64,000 nt of DNA from Eledone cirrhosa (GCA_964016885.1 OZ024750.1:52700001-52764000), one strand, 5' to 3'; numbered from the stretch's first letter, positions 35,159 through 48,633 are shown. Notes: generated from the sequence alone by a model not told the origin. Numbers and translations are program-made.

Positions 35159-35369
35159 AATATAAAAACAACCATCTGGTTGTGGAACCAACCAACCAAG
35201 CGGAAATTTATAAATTCCTAAATTTATAAATTTATTATAATAAATTGAAGTGAAAGCAACTGGTGCGTGTGTGTCTTATTGACAACATGACCCTCCCAAA
35301 GTATAACAATATCGGTTTCAACACACGTTTTCAGATAAAGAATCTTGCTAAACAAATTCAGAAACGAAA

Positions 35370-36874
<1,505 letters not shown>

Positions 36875-36924
36875 GTGAAAGAGTGAAGAATAACATGGTC
36901 AACAGTACAAAAAGGGTTTTATTT

Positions 36925-37039
36925 ACAGTATTAACAATTGTTTCATTGATTAAGTTGTCTAAAAATTGCTAATCACTTGAAGTTGTGTCACTTAATTTTA
37001 AATACAATGTATGCTTAACCAGATCATCAGAAAAACTGT
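36925..37039 (-). ncRNA. Degenerate hammerhead-like motif in an inverted segment at the 5' end of PLE 2
   Basis: Minus strand: ACAGTTTTT-CTGATGA-TCTGGTTAAG..long loop..CTTAATCAAT-GAAA-CAATTG-TT-AATACTGT, followed by AATAAA. Confidence 0.45.
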
Positions 37040-37049
37040 TTAAAATTAT

Positions 37050-39003
37050 ACACAGCGTTTGCAAATTCAAATTACATGATAAATGGAACCAAATTCAAAT
37101 AACGGACGCATTTCAACAAACTGCAAAATAACATCAATGCACTACTAAAAAAATTGCGTAACGCCAACGGTATTATAGTAAAGGCAGGCAAAACATCAAA
37201 CGTATACACCATGAGCCTTAATACATATAGTAACTTTATACGCCGTGAATTACATAAAAAATACAAGAAAACTACAGTCTACACTCAATAACATTAATAA
37301 GGAAGGACTTAACATAGTAAAAAGACTCAAAATATCTGATAGAACTGAGCCTCTGACCCCTTGTAAACCCACCTTTAATCTGAAAGATCATAAATAGAAC
37401 TTCGAAGCTGACCCTACTATTAGATTAATATGCCCATCAAAGTTGGATATAGGTAGAATTAGCAAATATATACTAGATGGAATAATACCACAAATTAAAG
37501 ATAAACTAATAATTAAGCTTTGGAGTAACATTAATGAAGCAATAGATAGGTTTAGCAAATTAGACAATAGGGAAACTTCTGACTTCATACAGTTTGACAT
37601 CAATGACTACTACTCCTCTATTTCCCCAGTATCCCTAAATAAGGCACTAACCTTTGCACAAAAAAACTCAGACCTATCATCCAATGAAATTAAAATAATA
37701 CTAGCTGCTAGAAGAACTATCATTAGGTTCGATAATAGTCACTGGGAAAGAAAAAATAGACAAAATAACTTTTGATATCACTATGGGATCTAACGATTCA
37801 GCCCAAGTTACGGACATTGTCGGAATTTATATAGCACATATCTTACATAAGGAATTTGATAACTTCCATGGAGGAACTTATAGAGACGATACATTACTTT
37901 TAGGTAACCTAAATAATCAAAACTTAGAAAGATTACGGAAAAGATTAGAACATTCTTTAATAAATTAGGCCTAAACATCACTTTTGAACTCATGTCTAAA
38001 AAAGCTAACTTCTTAGCTCAACCTAAACACAACACTAATGGAGCCCTTCCATAAAAATAACGAAAATCTAGCCTACATTAGTTATAACTCAAACCACCCA
38101 CGTTCCATAATTAACTCCATAGCACATAGTATATCCCTTAGAATTTCACGGTTATCTTCTAACCTAGAGATTTTTAATGAACACGCTACCTACTACAACA
38201 TAGCTTTACTTAAGGCAGGCCACAAAGAGAGGCTCAAATACATACCAGATACAAACAACAACAACACACTTAACAACAATAACACCACCCACACCTATAG
38301 AAATAACAAATATAGGACTAAACATAGAAATAGACGAGCACCAGAAATAAATGAACCGAATACTAATATAAGGACCCCTAAGAACTAGAGAAAATCAGAG
38401 ATAGGAAATACTTATGGTTCAATCCAATATTTAACTCCTCTATAAAAACTAAACTACCTTCTACTTTCTTTAAATTAATTGACAAGCACTTTCCTAAATT
38501 TCACAAATACCATAAAATCTTTAATAAAAATACTATCAAACTATCTTACTCTACTGCAACCAACATAGAATCACACATACATAAAATTAACTATAAAAGA
38601 ATCTCTAATACAAACAGCCTCCAAACAAGCACCATAACACCAAATACAAAACACATAACATCACAACCACACACATGTCAGAACACATCACAACAATACA
38701 TCAACAAACCCAAATCTTAGCCCATACATAACAACATACAAAACCGCACCGCTGAACCGGCACATAGGAAAGCCTCAAAATGTAACTGTTACTTACCAGA
38801 TAAGTGCCCACTACAAAATAGATGCCTTGAATCTAATATAGTGTACCTATGTACTATAAATTCAGGCAACTTAGCATGGTACTACATATGTTTTACGGCG
38901 GAGGAGTTAAAAAAAACGTTGGTATGTCCACAGACATTCTATAAAAAACCGTAAATTAATGACTACAGCTACGCTCGCCAATAAAATCTGGCAGCTCAAA
39001 GAT
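37050..39003 (+). mobile_element. Penelope-like element 2 (YRDD-type RT plus GIY-YIG), decayed; probably Hydra-clade-like
   Basis: LKDHK*NF..IRLICPSKLDIGRISK, FIQFDINDYYSSIS, FDITMGSNDSAQV, TYRDD, CNC..CPLQNRCLESNIVY..YI..KKRWYVH. Clade assignment is an inference. Confidence 0.9.
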
Positions 39004-39384
39004 ACACCCTTCCACCCACACATGCCAGCCACTCACCCCTGATGCCGCTCGGTGCCCCAGTCCCCGGCCTCACGCCCCATCACCCATCACCCCAAGCCGA
39101 CACCTGCAGCACCACTAACAGACAGAAGAGGGGCCGGAACTGTTCGGGGTGCGGCTGCTTCCACCACCTCACCTGTGTTGGCTTGACACGTCAAGCTTCC
39201 AGTGCCCTTGCAGTCCTAGAGCTTATTTTCCGGGCGATATGGCGCATTCCGTTAAGGAATGACACCCACAATTTCGATCCTGATTGAATTCTTTTAATCT
39301 ATCTTAATTTTGGATATAGATATATAAATACTGCTCCTTAATTGTAGAGCTAACTCTGTTGAAGGGAATTGACTGCTATTTCTA

Positions 39385-39665
39385 GTTGTCTTGCTCATAC
39401 AGGAACTGATTTTGGCTTGATTTCTACAGCTGGATGCCCTTCCTAACACCAACCTCATTTACAGTGTGGGCTGGGTGCTTTTTTGCCATGGCACCTCCAC
39501 GACCACCTTGCAGTGGGAGGGTGTGGGGGCATATTGTCTATATGCTTCAGCTTGTAGCCATGGGAGGTCGGGTACTCTGTATTACTGCGTGACGCCAGAG
39601 GTCACGGTCATGAGAGGTGTAATTGGGTAAGGTCGGCTTTTATCACCTCATCCCAGGTCTTTATG
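39385..39665 (-). mobile_element. RTE 3'-end fragment
   Basis: Reverse complement of sequence at about 32990-33315. Confidence 0.8.
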
Positions 39666-39666
39666 G

Positions 39667-39701
<35 letters not shown>

Positions 39702-39759
39702 ACCCGTGCTAGCGTGGAAGATGTACGTTAAACGATGATGATATGACCCCGTGAAAAAG

Positions 39760-41990
39760 AAAGCCCAAGTATTCTGTAAGTTCTACAAGAAAGGGCTCTG
39801 TTGGCATGGGAAGGAAGTATGCTGAGGTTGTATGTACTGCCCCCGATGAAGAGGGGACAGTAAGCAGAAGCAGTATAGACTGTAGCTGCAGAACAAGTCT
39901 TTTTTAAGCATAGAACAGATTGTGACACAGCTGACTTAGCTTCGTCAAATACAAAGCCGAAGTCAGTCACGTCAACACTTGCGACCATCAAAAATAAAGG
40001 ACCCAGGCTGGCCACCACAAATACCCACATAGATGCCATATCAGCAGGCCCCACTAACACCCCAAATGTCACACCAGTGTTGCTACTAAATGTCAGAGGT
40101 AAAACTGACCAACATGTATAAGATCCCTTACCTAGCCACAAGCAATCAAGCAATATGCATGGCACTAACTGAAACTCATCTGACAGCTAGCATAGCAGAT
40201 GTGGAAATACACATACCAAAGTATGTTGTATTTTGTATTGACAGGAGGGGGGAGGGGGGCTCCTGGTGGAGTTGCTTTGTACATCTGTGAAGATGTCACA
40301 TCATTAGTACTGTTGTCACATTCCAACTCGGTCTGTGACACATTAATAGTACACATGAAGCAACTCAAAATGTTAATATGTGTTACACATTGACTACCAG
40401 ATGTCCCCAGACATGAGGATAAGTTTGAAGATAGCCTCAGAAGGATTGAAGAAGTGCTGATCAATTTGGATCAGAGTCTCAACATCCTACTGCTGGGAGA
40501 TTTTAACCTCCCCTAGGTCAAATGGCCCTAAGGGTAGCCCCTCTTAGGAATGACGGCACCTGACCAAAGGCAGACAGAATCCTTGTTGGACTCCACCCAA
40601 CAAGAGGTGAGAATACCCTGGATCTCTGCTTCACGAATAACTTGGAGCTCATCCTCAATGTGAAAGTGACAACGATTTTCTCGGACCATGACATAGTAGA
40701 ACTAGGAATAATGTATAGTCCACAGAAGACTAGATATGGAGCCGACAAGAAGCACTCGGTCTCTATCTAGTTTAAATTTCCACAAAGCTAACTGGAAAAG
40801 GATTCAGGAGGAACTCCTGAAGCAAAACTGAACCGAGAGTCACTCTATGGAAGATGTCAACATGCAACTTGATCAATTCATGGAAATAATACAAACCATA
40901 TGTTTCAAGTTTTCCCCGGAAAGAAAGGCCGATAGGCACAAGAATATTATTCCCAGAGACAGGAGAATTCTTATGAAATGACCTGCAACATACACAAGTG
41001 AGGAACAAGATGGAATCCCATCTGAAGCAGGCACTGTTACAAACTGAAAATGAACTCAAGCTCTCCCATGAAAAGGAGAGGGCAGAAAGAGAAGCCAGCG
41101 CTATAGAAAACTTAAAGACGAACCCTAAGGCCCTCTTTAAATTTGCAAAAGAGATAGGGATAGGGTCAATTTTCCATAAAAGTGGCTCACTGACTGCAGA
41201 CCCCCAAAAGATAAGGAGGCACTAAATGAACAATACAAAAGTGTTTTCACACCTCCAATGAGTCACATGCAAATAAGCAAGCCAGATGAGTTCTTCAACA
41301 CAATTGCAGTAGACAGAGAAATGGCAACCATTAACATAGATATAAAGGTGAAACATGTAATAGCAGCCATAGTCGAAATGAGACCAAACTTGGCAGCTAT
41401 CCCTGATGGTTTCCCAGCAATCCTCCTAAAAACATGCAAGCAAACACTAGCAAAACCACTGCAGATCCTCTTCCAAAGATCCCTTGCAAATGGTAAACTA
41501 CCTGGAAAGCTAAAAGAAGGCACATGTCTTATCCATAAAGGAGGAAGCAGAGCAGAAGCTAAAAACTACAGACCTTTCTCCATGACCTCACATATCAGCA
41601 AAGTTATGGAATGAATCATCAAATGGAAACTGATCACTTTTCTAGCGGAAAAAGATGTGGTACCCAGCATGGCTTTCACCCGGGTAGAAGTCTTCACATT
41701 ATGACTGGATACTCAAACAGTTGCTAGACCATTCAAACGTGGAAGTGATATATCTCGACTTTGCAAAAGCCTTCGACAATGATATGTCACAAACTACGTA
41801 GCTTTGGCATAGCTGGAAAACTAGGCAAATGGCTTCATCTACCGACCAAGATCCCAGATGAACCCACAGCACGAGGCGAAGCACAAACAAGAGCAGCAGC
41901 AATAAACTACCTTTTGCACCAATGGCCAACCAGGAAAGGCTGGCTATAGAAAGTGTAGCATTGGTGGCAGTGCCCCAGCTGGAACATAAA
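39760..41990 (+). mobile_element. Decayed CR1-group LINE with a large internal deletion in the RT
   Basis: EN motifs LLLNVRG, ALTETHL, GGVALYI, LLGDFNLP. RT motifs PDGFPAILLK, IHKGGSRAEAKNYRP, QHGF, IYLDFAKAFD. It then jumps to the C-terminal IPDEP motif. Confidence 0.85.
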
Positions 41991-42001
41991 TAAATATATA
42001 T

Positions 42002-42543
42002 ATAAAATTGGTTGTTTTGGAAGCCTCAACAATGCAGATGGGTAAATCTCCAGGTAACAGAATCAGGTGGTAATGAGAGAGATGTAAGAGGAAATGTAGA
42101 ATGAGACGTAGAGGAACGTAGGAAAGAGTGTAAAAATAAAAATAATAACATGAGATAGAGTTATCTTGGAAGTGATTTAATTGTCCCTATATTTCGGATT
42201 TCGCATCCATCAAATGGGTGTTTTCCAAGGGGGAAAGTTTTTAGTCAGAGAGGGACAACAGAGGCTATATGTTGTGCCTCTCCAACTAAAAACCTTCCCC
42301 CTCGGAAAAACCCCTAGTTGATGGATGCGAAATCTGAAATATAGGGACAATTAAATCACTTCCAAGATAACTCTATCTCATGTTATTATTTATATTTTTA
42401 CACTCTTTCCTACGTTCCTCTACGTCTCATTCTACATTTCCTCTTACATCTCTCTCTTTCTCTCTCTCTCATTACCACCTGATTCTGTTACCTGGAGATT
42501 TACCCATCTGCATTGTTGAGGCTTCCAAAACAACCAATTTTAT
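42002..42543. repeat. Fold-back insertion with about 260-bp arms and a 9-nt spacer, between TA tracts
   Basis: 42002-42260 is the reverse complement of 42270-42543 apart from a few substitutions and a (CT)n length difference. Confidence 0.95.
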
Positions 42544-42580
42544 TATTCCACAATGCTTCAAGCAAACTTCAACACTCTCT

Positions 42581-42640
<60 letters not shown>

Positions 42641-42725
42641 GTTTACATGTACATAAAGTTATATATGTTGCAACCAGTCACTTTGTGGCTCTATGAAGAA
42701 TTAATAAATTAAATAATCAGAGCAA

Positions 42726-43221
42726 TATATCATAAATCATGTCTATAGAATTATTAGATAAATAAAATATATACCATTTCCTCTCCCAATCAGCATAATT
42801 AACTATATAAAAAATCAATTAGACCAAGCTATAAGGATAAAGGCTCTTATGAAGAAATCTCCGACAAATAACCGAAAGTGGCCTCTTCGCGGTGGCCCCA
42901 ATAGAGTATTTATCCAACATTTCGACAGCATGTAGAAACTGACTAAATATACAATCAACCATACACAATTAGGTGTAAATTCAAACTTAGAAGAAATGTG
43001 TACATACCGTAACTATATCTCTACCATGGTTTCACCCGTATTTTTAGATATCCAATTAATAGGAAACCCACAGAGTTCGGTTATTTGTCGGAGATTTCTT
43101 CATAAGAGCCTTTATCCTTATAGCTTGGTCTAATTGATTTTTTATATAGTTAATTATGCTGATTGGGAGAGGAAATGGTATATATTTTATTTATCTAATA
43201 ATTCTAAAGACATGATTTATG

Positions 43222-43226
<5 letters not shown>
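42726..43226. repeat. Inverted repeat with about 150-bp arms and a 200-bp spacer
   Basis: 42726-42876 and 43076-43226 are near-perfect reverse complements, flanked by (TA)n. Confidence 0.95.
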
Positions 43227-43252
<26 letters not shown>

Positions 43253-44214
43253 GGAGTCCTCAGCTAAACATGTTCTTACTTGTCTAAATTAGTAACTCCC
43301 AATATATATATATATATATATATGTGTGGGTGTTTTGTCTCCACATGTGCCTTTGTTTTACATTGAAACTGCTTCAGCAGCTAAAGATGTTTATTTACTG
43401 TATAAAGAATACATCCCAAAGATCCATAAGAGTTGGCATGAGGAAGGCAAGGATCCTGCCATATTTTATTACCTCATTAAAGACTTGTCCCTGATAATGT
43501 GTACAATTTAAAAAGAAAATAGAAAGAAAGTTTACAAAAGAAATTCAATATTTATTTAAAAATAATGAATACAAAATGGAATCCATTACAGAGTTGTCTT
43601 CTCTTGCTCTCTAGGTTTCTGGACCCTCACTTCCAGGTACCAACTGAAATAAACATCAAACGAGAGAATTAATAATAATGTTAGATATAACACTGACTTT
43701 CTTAAAACTGGTCACCCACCATCTCTTAACCTGGATATAATTATTGTTTAGCAGTAACACAACATAATAGGGGTGAAAATAAAATCATATACAATATATC
43801 TATGTATAATAATCAAAATGTCGCCCTTAGTGTATTTTCAACTGTGACCATGCCTAAATTTGAAATCACTCCATGGGACCAGTTGCTTCACATGACTCAA
43901 GCTACGATACTAGCCAGCTTCACATTGTCACAGCTACCTCAGTAACCTTGTGTTGGATATTAAAAATATCCTGTGACCCATGGGACTAGTTGATTCATGT
44001 TAGAAGGTTATTGCTTGACATTAGATTTAATTCTAAACAGTTGTGCCATCCTGTTATTATAGTCGAAGTGTAGGGGGAATGTCTCATACTATAGAGTCTA
44101 ACTAATCATAATCCACCATTTATCACAAACTAAGAATGTTGGAAAATCAGTGTTATATCTGTATCATGATTAATTTATCAGCCTGCAATTAATTAACTGT
44201 TAAGCATGTTAAGT

Positions 44215-44470
44215 AGTGAGTCAAGAAGTATGTAAAATGAGGTGGAGTCACTTATACACAAGTATATATAGACTTATATGCAAGTAGTGGGCCATGAAGT
44301 ATGTAAAATGGAGGTGTGGTTTATACATGAGTATATACAGCCTAATAAGCAAATCATGTACTGAGTCAAGAGGTATGCAAAATGGGGTATGACTTATACA
44401 CAAGTATATCAGCCTTGTGGGCTAAGAAGTATGTAAAATGGAGGTGTGACTTATACAAAAGTATATATAG
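44215..44470 (+). repeat. Old degenerate tandem repeat, 4 units of about 60-75 bp
   Basis: AAGTATGTAAAATG..TTATACACAAGTATAT recurs four times. Confidence 0.7.
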
Positions 44471-44939
44471 TGTTTAATTGTGTTTTTCACTATTAATGTG
44501 GTATTTAGACATGAAGGTTGTTAGTTTAAATCCAGTCAGAACTACGAACACATCAAGGACTAAAACAATTGATATCAATCAACGATGAATTCAACTGAAA
44601 TGTTGTGTAGATAGGAATATTGAAAAATATACACTCTGGCAGGTTGAGGGTGACGTACAGGGTAAAGTGGGAAGAGTTGGTGGATAAGTCAGATACTGTT
44701 GCATCCAGATGCAGTAATTTAGAGAGAAACAAAATTAATCAAAATTACACTTATGTAAAGAATTTTAATATTATATGATTAGTTCTGGTAGAAATAAAGA
44801 CTCACAAACTACTTAAAAAATCTGACTTTCTTACATAATCCAGAAACATATCAGTAAGAACAATAAAAGACACAACATTTGGTAATATTCTTCACATCCA
44901 GTAATGATTTAGCAGAAAAATATATAAAAAAAAGGCTTT

Positions 44940-45235
44940 GTTTATTCAAATGTTTATAGTATCTTTACAAATGGACAGATTGTTGTAAAAATGTGCAGTA
45001 TAAGAGTAAAGACTAATTTCTAATGTGATGCAGACCTAATGCTGCTTTTTGCTCTGCAAGAATTTTTTTGTATTGCAGCTTCATGTGGTTCTTAATTCAA
45101 ATGTCTATAGTATCTTTACTAGTAAACAGATATTTGTGAAGGTTTGCAGTAAAGACTTTAATTTTTAATGTGATGCAGTGATAGGACTGTTTTGTACTTT
45201 ACAAGAATGTCTTACTAATATGGCCTCATGTGGTA
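44940..45235 (+). repeat. Diverged two-copy tandem duplication, about 150 bp
   Basis: ATTCAAATGTYTATAGTATCTTTAC..TAATGTGATGCAG..TCATGTGGT occurs twice. Confidence 0.7.
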
Positions 45236-45434
45236 CAGGGCATTAGAGTTAAACAAAGAAGACATTTTTTCAATTTACAGGGAAATTCGTATTTTCTGAC
45301 ATGTTAATATATCTATATATCAAATGTGTGTATGTGTATATACATGTTGGTGCAGTCATGGTTGCCTACACTCTATGTATACAGATATAACTTTATCATT
45401 TACTTCGCACTAGTAGGCGAAGTATACAATAAAG

Positions 45435-46470
45435 CAGCTGGTCACTGGTTGCCTGACACTTCTGCAGCCTTATTGCGTGCTCTGGAGCGCCTGAGACATG
45501 AGCAGTGCACAATTTGTTTTCTCCAGACCTGGACTGGAAGTGGTCTAAATTCCCCACCTTTTAGCTCCTCACCCCCTACATACTTCACCAACACTAGTTA
45601 CACCCATATGACCCGCCGTCTTTTAACTCCTCCAATGGCATCAACTAATAGACCACCTCCACCCACACTATTAACCCCCTGTCTACATCCACCCTCACCT
45701 GCTCTAACACTTATACACCCTACACCACTACTTTCACCTCTGCATCACCAATACACACACCTATGCTGCCACCACCCCTCCCCCACATGACCACTTCCTC
45801 TCTGGACACCAGATTACAAATGGATATTCCGATACACAGACATACCCATACAGACATATCCATACAGACAAACATACCCATACAGAGACATACCCATACA
45901 TAGACATAAACATACCCATACACAGACACCCATATTCACCCTCACACATGCAAATGAAATCTTTCCACTACAGACAATACATAAGTCACAAACACTCACG
46001 TACATAGAAACAATAGAAAAAGTTATATACACACACATACCCATACATAAATATACACACACATGCACACAAAATAATCCCTCTACAGATAATCACCAAC
46101 ACACACGAGACATACATACACACACTCACATAGAAACAAGTCATACACACGCACACAAAACAAAGAACTCACACTCACACTCACAAAAGACTGTGAGACA
46201 CCCACATGTACACTGCCTCACACAGACTGAAGCAATAATACACACCTACCAATTTCATCTTTTCTACACCCCCCCCCCCCCAACCACACCCAGACCCTCC
46301 ACTTTGGCCTCTACTCCCAAATGCAGGACCTCTCACCTACCACACCCCAGCCTATCAATCTTTCCCACACAATTATCATGCACCTACCTGTTCTCTCCCT
46401 ACTGAACTTTCCTGATGAAGGAGGTTGTCCAAAATGTAAGACCCTCCTCCAACTCCTCTAAGTGTTAACC
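45435..46470 (+). mobile_element. Remnant 3' end of a third Penelope-like element
   Basis: SLVA*HFCS..RLRHEQCTICFLQTWTGSGLNS resembles a PLE GIY-YIG C-terminus. It is followed by C/A-rich sequence and a CpG-decayed HHR-like CTGATGA-A-GGAGGTTGTCC-AAAATGTA at about 46412-46440. Confidence 0.55.
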
Positions 46471-46481
46471 TAATAACACTT

Positions 46482-46800
46482 TGTTCTGTCCTACACCATC
46501 TTGTGGTGTAGGACAGAGCCACAAGATGGTGTAGGACAGAACAGAGGAGGGACACAAAATAAAAACCTAGTCACTGAGGAGGTCACAGAATGTGTGACGA
46601 AAGAGCTTTGACAATATATAAACAACCATCTGGTTATCGAACCAACCAACCAACCAGCTGGAAATTTATAATAAATTGAAGTGAAAACCAACAGATGCGC
46701 GTGTTTTTATTGGCAACATGACCCTCCCAGAGTATAACAATATCTGTTTCAACACACGTTTTCAGTTAAGAAATCTTGCAAAACAAATTAAAAAAACGAA
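46482..46800 (+). mobile_element. Solo pseudo-LTR of the PLE 1 family with a short 5' inversion; contains a minimal HHR at 46570-46612
   Basis: Homologous to 35059-35368. 46482-46506 is the reverse complement of 46519-46543. HHR: GTCA-CTGAGGA-G GTCAC AGAATGT GTGAC-GAAA-GAGC-TT^TGAC. Confidence 0.85.
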
Positions 46801-47809
46801 GTATATATACATATATATATTTACCATAGTAATATTGTTGCCATTTAACAATATTTGGTCTAATTTGGTGACACGACGCCCCTCGGGAGTACTTTCACTG
46901 AAAAATAAAACAAAACCATAAATTCATCGAATAAACCAGGATTTCATTTCAGTGTACACACACACACACACACAAATGAAATCATTAAGTGAAAGACGTC
47001 TGGGATCTTGTTGATCGACTATCAATTTTTTTTTTACAAATATTTCGCTGTAAAATATCTGACAACTGTGACTGGTGACGATATATTTAATCTTTTCTGT
47101 TGTATAAGAAACAATTATTTATCCAGAAATTCTATGACAAAATCTATCTGCATCACATCCTCATTTAACATCAATTTTCTCTGCTAGGTTGACAGTACAA
47201 ATCGGGGTTATTGACCAATAGAAAAAATACTATTATAACATTTTTCATAAACTGTTTTCTTCAAAACAAGAGTGTGTCTTGCACACCAATGCATCTTATA
47301 ATCTGAAAAATATGGCAATTAATGTGACAAAAAAATATATTTCTTTTACAGTGTGTCATTTATATGAAAGGCCTTGATCTAGAGATAATTAACTTTGACC
47401 TTAACTACGATATAAAATATACAATACTTCCACCAAGAATTTGGACAAGAAATATTCATAGATCCAGAAGAGGACAGAGAGAGGTAAAGTCAGACATCTA
47501 ACAATGGTTAGCATCCACAGATTTTAGAAATCTGATGCTTAGTGTTCTGAGTTGTTAAATCAGAGAGTAATGTCATTCCTTCTTCACCACAAACATTACA
47601 TATATATACACACACACAACACATATATAGGTACACACACACAACACATACATACACACACATATATATATATATACACACACATATATACATACCCAAA
47701 TACACATACATTACACACAGACAAATTAAGAAATTACAAGTACAATTCATTAACAGAACTGTAAAAATATGTAAAACTTCCAGAAATGTAGCATGTAATA
47801 AGTGTATAT

Positions 47810-47887
<78 letters not shown>

Positions 47888-47958
47888 GAGTTAAACAAGA
47901 TTCAATGAGTACATCAAGGAATGAGTTTTACAGTAGATTGGAAGCACTCTACAAGAAA

Positions 47959-48300
47959 AAATATTAATAAAATAGATGTTCTTTTGATCAATTAAATTTT
48001 ATTAGACATATTTCAGAGGTACAAGAGTACATCCTCATCAGACAAAATATAATGATACATGACATACCCTGAGATGTTAAACGGTTAAGATTTAATCAAG
48101 GTTTTAACATCTCAGGGTATGTTATAATGATACATAACATACCCTGAGATGTTAAAACCTTGATTAAATCTTAACCGTTTAACATCTCAGGGTATGTCAT
48201 GTATCATTATATTTTGTCTGATGAGGACATACTGTTGTACATCCGAAATATGTATAATAAAATTTAATTGATCAAAAGAACATCTATTTTATTAATATTT
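47959..48300. mobile_element. Fold-back insertion with a hammerhead motif in each arm (47996-48048 minus; 48211-48263 plus)
   Basis: Arms of about 165 bp. Consensus of the arms: ATTTTGT-CTGATGA-GGATGTAC TCTT GTACATCC-GAAA-TATG-TC-TAATAAAAT. Confidence 0.85.
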
Positions 48301-48303
48301 GTA

Positions 48304-48363
<60 letters not shown>

Positions 48364-48405
48364 GAGGTTATATTTAATTTGTTGGGATTCAACAGCTTAA
48401 AAATG

Positions 48406-48443
<38 letters not shown>

Positions 48444-48448
<5 letters not shown>

Positions 48449-48633
48449 AACAAGTAAGACCCCGACGGCTGAGCTCAAGCCGTTTCGACGTTCGACGTAC
48501 AGAATTAGCCGTCGAAACGGCTTGAGCTCAGCCGTCGGGGTCTTACTTGTTCCTATTACCCACTCTACTACCCTAAGTATTGAGTACTTTGGTGCGTTAT
48601 GGTCCACCTGGTTCCTTACCACATTTCCTTCGT
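48444..48633 (+). mobile_element. Short insertion in (TA)n with a perfect 47-bp inverted 5' end and the 3' half of a hammerhead
   Basis: 48444-48490 is the reverse complement of 48510-48556. CGTC-GAAA-CGGCT TGAGCTC AGCCG-TC^GGGG. Confidence 0.75.

Larger units (their letters stand above)
32150..35368 (+). mobile_element. Penelope-like element 1 (RT plus C-terminal GIY-YIG, 3' pseudo-LTR), 5'-truncated and interrupted by an RTE
   Basis: GSMDVVSLYLSI, QEEGAAIGVSIAGDIANLFM, RYVDD, CxxxxCxxC linker, YIGETARSVGERINEH. ORF ends at 34917. The 3' region matches the solo repeat at 46521-46800. Confidence 0.92.

Noticed and set aside
43586-43644. Possible minus-strand terminal exon (WYLEVRVQKPREQEKTTL*) or plus-strand 22-nt micro-exon
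   Set aside because: Splice-like signals occur on both strands, with no recognisable homology and no linked exons.
47270-47316. Possible decayed pogo-type terminal repeat (gcatcttataatctgaaaaatatgg)
   Set aside because: No clear partner TIR or TSD.
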